Below are positions 62,301-64,000 of a DNA stretch of 64,000 nt, piece by piece (within the stretch, counting starts at the first letter, position 1; each line of letters begins with the position of its first letter). Where the stretch lies: the NCBI GenBank assembly GCA_044347345.1, contig JBIKUX010000001.1:106425-170424 (forward strand), written 5' to 3'. This stretch comes from Bdellovibrionota bacterium (GTDB lineage Bacteria > Bdellovibrionota_C > UBA2361 > JBIKUX01). The notes below the pieces were generated by a model. It was given only the letters and a program-made list of their open reading frames with translations. It was not told the origin of the DNA and made no database searches. The position numbers and the translations under genes are program-made.

Positions 62301-63359
62301 AAATAGTGCACTATTTTTATTAAACGCAATACCTGGATTATGATTAGGAACAATATAAGTTTCTGTTGAGCCGTTTGAACGATTCACCTCGAATAAAGAA
62401 CCAGGATGCCAACTGATACCGTCAAATAACGAGATCTCCAATCTATTATTATTGACACTGAGACGAAATCTTCCTTCAACTTCAAGCGAATTTTTATTTA
62501 GCTCCCACGAACCTAATTGCTGAAGCATACTAAACAATTGAGTATCATCGGAAAACGCTCGATTTAAGGACTCTTGTAATAAAGCACTGGGGTTGGTCTG
62601 CGCAGAGTTTTGAGATGATATGCTTGGTGATATCGGTGGCGCTGGAGATTGTGGTTGTAGTACTGATGATGATGGTGATGGTGATGGTAATGGTGGTGAC
62701 GATATTTGTGGTCTTTGATTTATACTTCCAATTGCAGAATCAACAAATCCTCCTACTCTATTTACTCCAACATGCAATATAAGTTGTGATATTATTGAGG
62801 TAGCAGAGCCTACCAATGTATATACTGCATTACATCTGTCCTGAATAGACGGATCACGCCCAAGCGTATTAAGGGCGAACACAACTGTAGGAGTGTTTAG
62901 AAGACCTTCTGTCGAAAGTACCAACAGTTCATATAAGTCATTTAACTGACCTAGTACTGGAATTCTCTCTATAGCGAGCTCAGAGATTAAAGCCTGTGGA
63001 TTTCCTAAAATACTTTCAACTGTTCTTGACGTAATTTCAGGGAATATCTTGGCAATGTGAGATGCTAACAAAGAAAATCTTTCAGCAGGCGAAGGTTTTT
63101 CCGCGATATCTATTGCTTGCTCTACAGAGATTATCTGTCGACCAAACTCTTCAAGACTTAGTTTACTATGAGACCTTACATATTCACTAGCTTGCCGGAG
63201 CTGCTCTGGAGTAGCTTGAGTATTGGTTCCATCACTATTTTGATTTTCTGGTCCACGATCTAGCACTTGCTGTATTGGAGAGAACTGCGCAATCAGTTCT
63301 TGCGATTCTAGCAGTTGCTGATTATGGTTATTTAATTGCGTAACCATTTGTAAACGCAA
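59373..63359 (-). CDS. Large effector-like protein with C-terminal DUF3095-like nucleotide-cyclase-fold domain
   Basis: 1328-aa ORF, no signal peptide; FFFDLKGSS, FCFGGDG, DLVTGL...PIP, IGVSRS...LTVTV, YVTAAINSKNQ; N-terminal IPVLGQLND; Pro/Ser linker. Confidence 0.7.
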   Translation of the reverse strand: MRLQMVTQLNNHNQQLLESQELIAQFSPIQQVLDRGPENQNSDGTNTQATPEQLRQASEYVRSHSKLSLEEFGRQIISVEQAIDIAEKPSPAERFSLLASHIAKIFPEITSRTVESILGNPQALISELAIERIPVLGQLNDLYELLVLSTEGLLNTPTVVFALNTLGRDPSIQDRCNAVYTLVGSATSIISQLILHVGVNRVGGFVDSAIGSINQRPQISSPPLPSPSPSSSVLQPQSPAPPISPSISSQNSAQTNPSALLQESLNRAFSDDTQLFSMLQQLGSWELNKNSLEVEGRFRLSVNNNRLEISLFDGISWHPGSLFEVNRSNGSTETYIVPNHNPGIAFNKNSALFLYNNNDPPNSHEWISVPDGSPAMLNGQIGILQKLPVSSLFFTSNSQGNAQLSIKSDDASQFGQARSLGTNPNQFSFIAHTTGQAYFAPNDVSISDPRFALFNDEQVAFIGSDGLIHQTVSGRYTRLNSEAGAQTTIEVEGKQIPCVRFGNGEISWNGLRGNGLVQLNGQIGIVNTHELLESGEQIYTVTTADNRVAVRDSGNTFGYTPFMPDGRLVIFDRTEPNTSDIAVESQDSSVIYVVGDSGPRVRLAQGYSDAILGGRIEKINNSPVVVKDVQFAGTTYRFVTQPFLNDGSYYDNQTVSIAKVMGDGQPSQVLRRNIEIDLNSIRVKSGVLIATDSEGTDVIIAVDESTALSARFDILEELKAEVPNIESWEMLSPEEQRSWISTYLTTYSAEQAPSIDQIDLIIRAALSTDDGSPTSTPIRSLSSNRNEVDGPEINRVISSYENLEGGVLTLYRDKVLQAAPSIEDLFSLTNDRDPKYFVEADPTDQIFFFDLKGSSELMDSANQENGLTGMQLTYLAGALPIMLSSDNIEVSHVGETITVTGSDFQFCFGGDGGVAVARSAEAKDRIDRAIRQTQAILASHELFAPKDGGQRPSMRGFSFSAEELGGVNIGAYLNKFHDSESGVSFEQIIPIIHSPVLAAIETALKRSSLADNPLLERFIIDYRQGANNDYNLTQQEIEDLVTGLNISPSPIPVARLGANRSSFALVIQSENFAGLESNSDQQTNLISEFGVLENILDIFDDYGFSVATISPEPGLWRFILIDDNPISSAPVSDRMRDAQVAANRYAFENKKDLAIGVSRSTSELTVTVVETGITPQITPTEVDNYVTAAINSKNQGAHNLQEYYFSIRAFEQLVSMGILPSLSANYNPIIQDDIYEKIIRNRNDNPDAWNEFNNIRPDELVTQALRGAGYLLELHKSVESMQRLASNASREVQELLNWSINYNLVMRGIPPRLTQLVTNFQTQELTPR

Positions 63360-63374
63360 TTACAGTCTAAAGTA

Positions 63375-64000
63375 TTACGCTTGAAAGCATGGGAGATTTT
63401 TGGTATTTACCAGTGCTCCTTTTTGCTTTCCATAAACCGTGTTATTTAACAAAAGCTTTATTTGCCCCCTTGTTATTCTATTTGTTGACCGCTTTATAGA
63501 AGTAACGCCAAAAGTAGCAGTGACTTTTTTACGATTTAAATTCTCTGTATATATTTTTTGTGATAAGGAGTTTTTACTGATTTTTTTGCTAATTTTATTA
63601 GGCCTATGTTTAGTATGTAGTACTACATTTGTGTTTAAACTTTTAGTTCCCACCTTTTTAAATGAACTAATCCGATTTAATCTTTTACCCTGACCATCTA
63701 AAGTACCACTAATTATTCCAAGTATTGTATTTTTAGGTACTATGCTTATGTTGGTAGATGAGGCTAGACAATGCTTTAAGGCTGGAGTAATTATCCGGAG
63801 TTTATAACCATCTTGATTACTTAAGTACTTGCTACTAGACACACTTAAATCTCCTCTTGATAAATCAGGTATTCGGTGTCTACCTGCCATGTGAGGTTGT
63901 GATACGACTATCAGCCTCTTACACTTTTTTGCATTTGCGCCTTGAGCTAAGGCATCTCCAGATAAAGATAGAGACTCAAGTATCGGGAGTGAACCAAGCA
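63375..64000 (-). CDS. Hypothetical protein, 5' partial
   Basis: The frame of ORF 63375..63890 stays open to the window end (LGSLPILESLSLSGDALAQGANAKKCKRLIVVSQPHMAG...); Lys-rich C-terminus. Confidence 0.55.
   Translation of the reverse strand, partial: LGSLPILESLSLSGDALAQGANAKKCKRLIVVSQPHMAGRHRIPDLSRGDLSVSSSKYLSNQDGYKLRIITPALKHCLASSTNISIVPKNTILGIISGTLDGQGKRLNRISSFKKVGTKSLNTNVVLHTKHRPNKISKKISKNSLSQKIYTENLNRKKVTATFGVTSIKRSTNRITRGQIKLLLNNTVYGKQKGALVNTKNLPCFQA

Overview
AT-rich bacterial chromosomal segment of mostly housekeeping genes. Gene order (mutS-amidase, argS-like/SPOR) suggests a deltaproteobacteria-related lineage; this is an inference. Contents: folD-gcvT-gcvH-gcvP and divergent ald; minCDE; a pgpA-TolB-like-aminopeptidase-pyrF-RNase II operon; purH-purD; two tandem membrane-anchored PP2C phosphatases; mutS-amidase-(ArgRS-like)-SPOR; rpsA; selO; a patatin; a wzt-wzm-GT4-GT4-GT-C-flippase glycan locus; hpt; a stand-alone long-form rpsN; btuB-btuF-btuC divergent from metH; and an accessory right end. 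No rRNA, tRNA, CRISPR array or transposase was recognised. Two signals stand out. (1) A 1328-aa orphan protein has a pre-toxin-like N-terminus, an internal repeat and a C-terminal DUF3095-like (nucleotide-cyclase-like) domain that keeps both candidate metal-binding aspartates, so it may be a nucleotide-cyclase effector. (2) An intact 415-aa ORF at the usual argS position keeps ArgRS N-terminal and anticodon-binding motifs but has lost the HIGH and KMSKS motifs, suggesting a repurposed pseudo-synthetase. Three more intact ORFs (PP2C-like, GlpD-like, alpha/beta-hydrolase-like) also appear to lack catalytic residues. All family calls were made by eye from remembered motifs; no searches were run.
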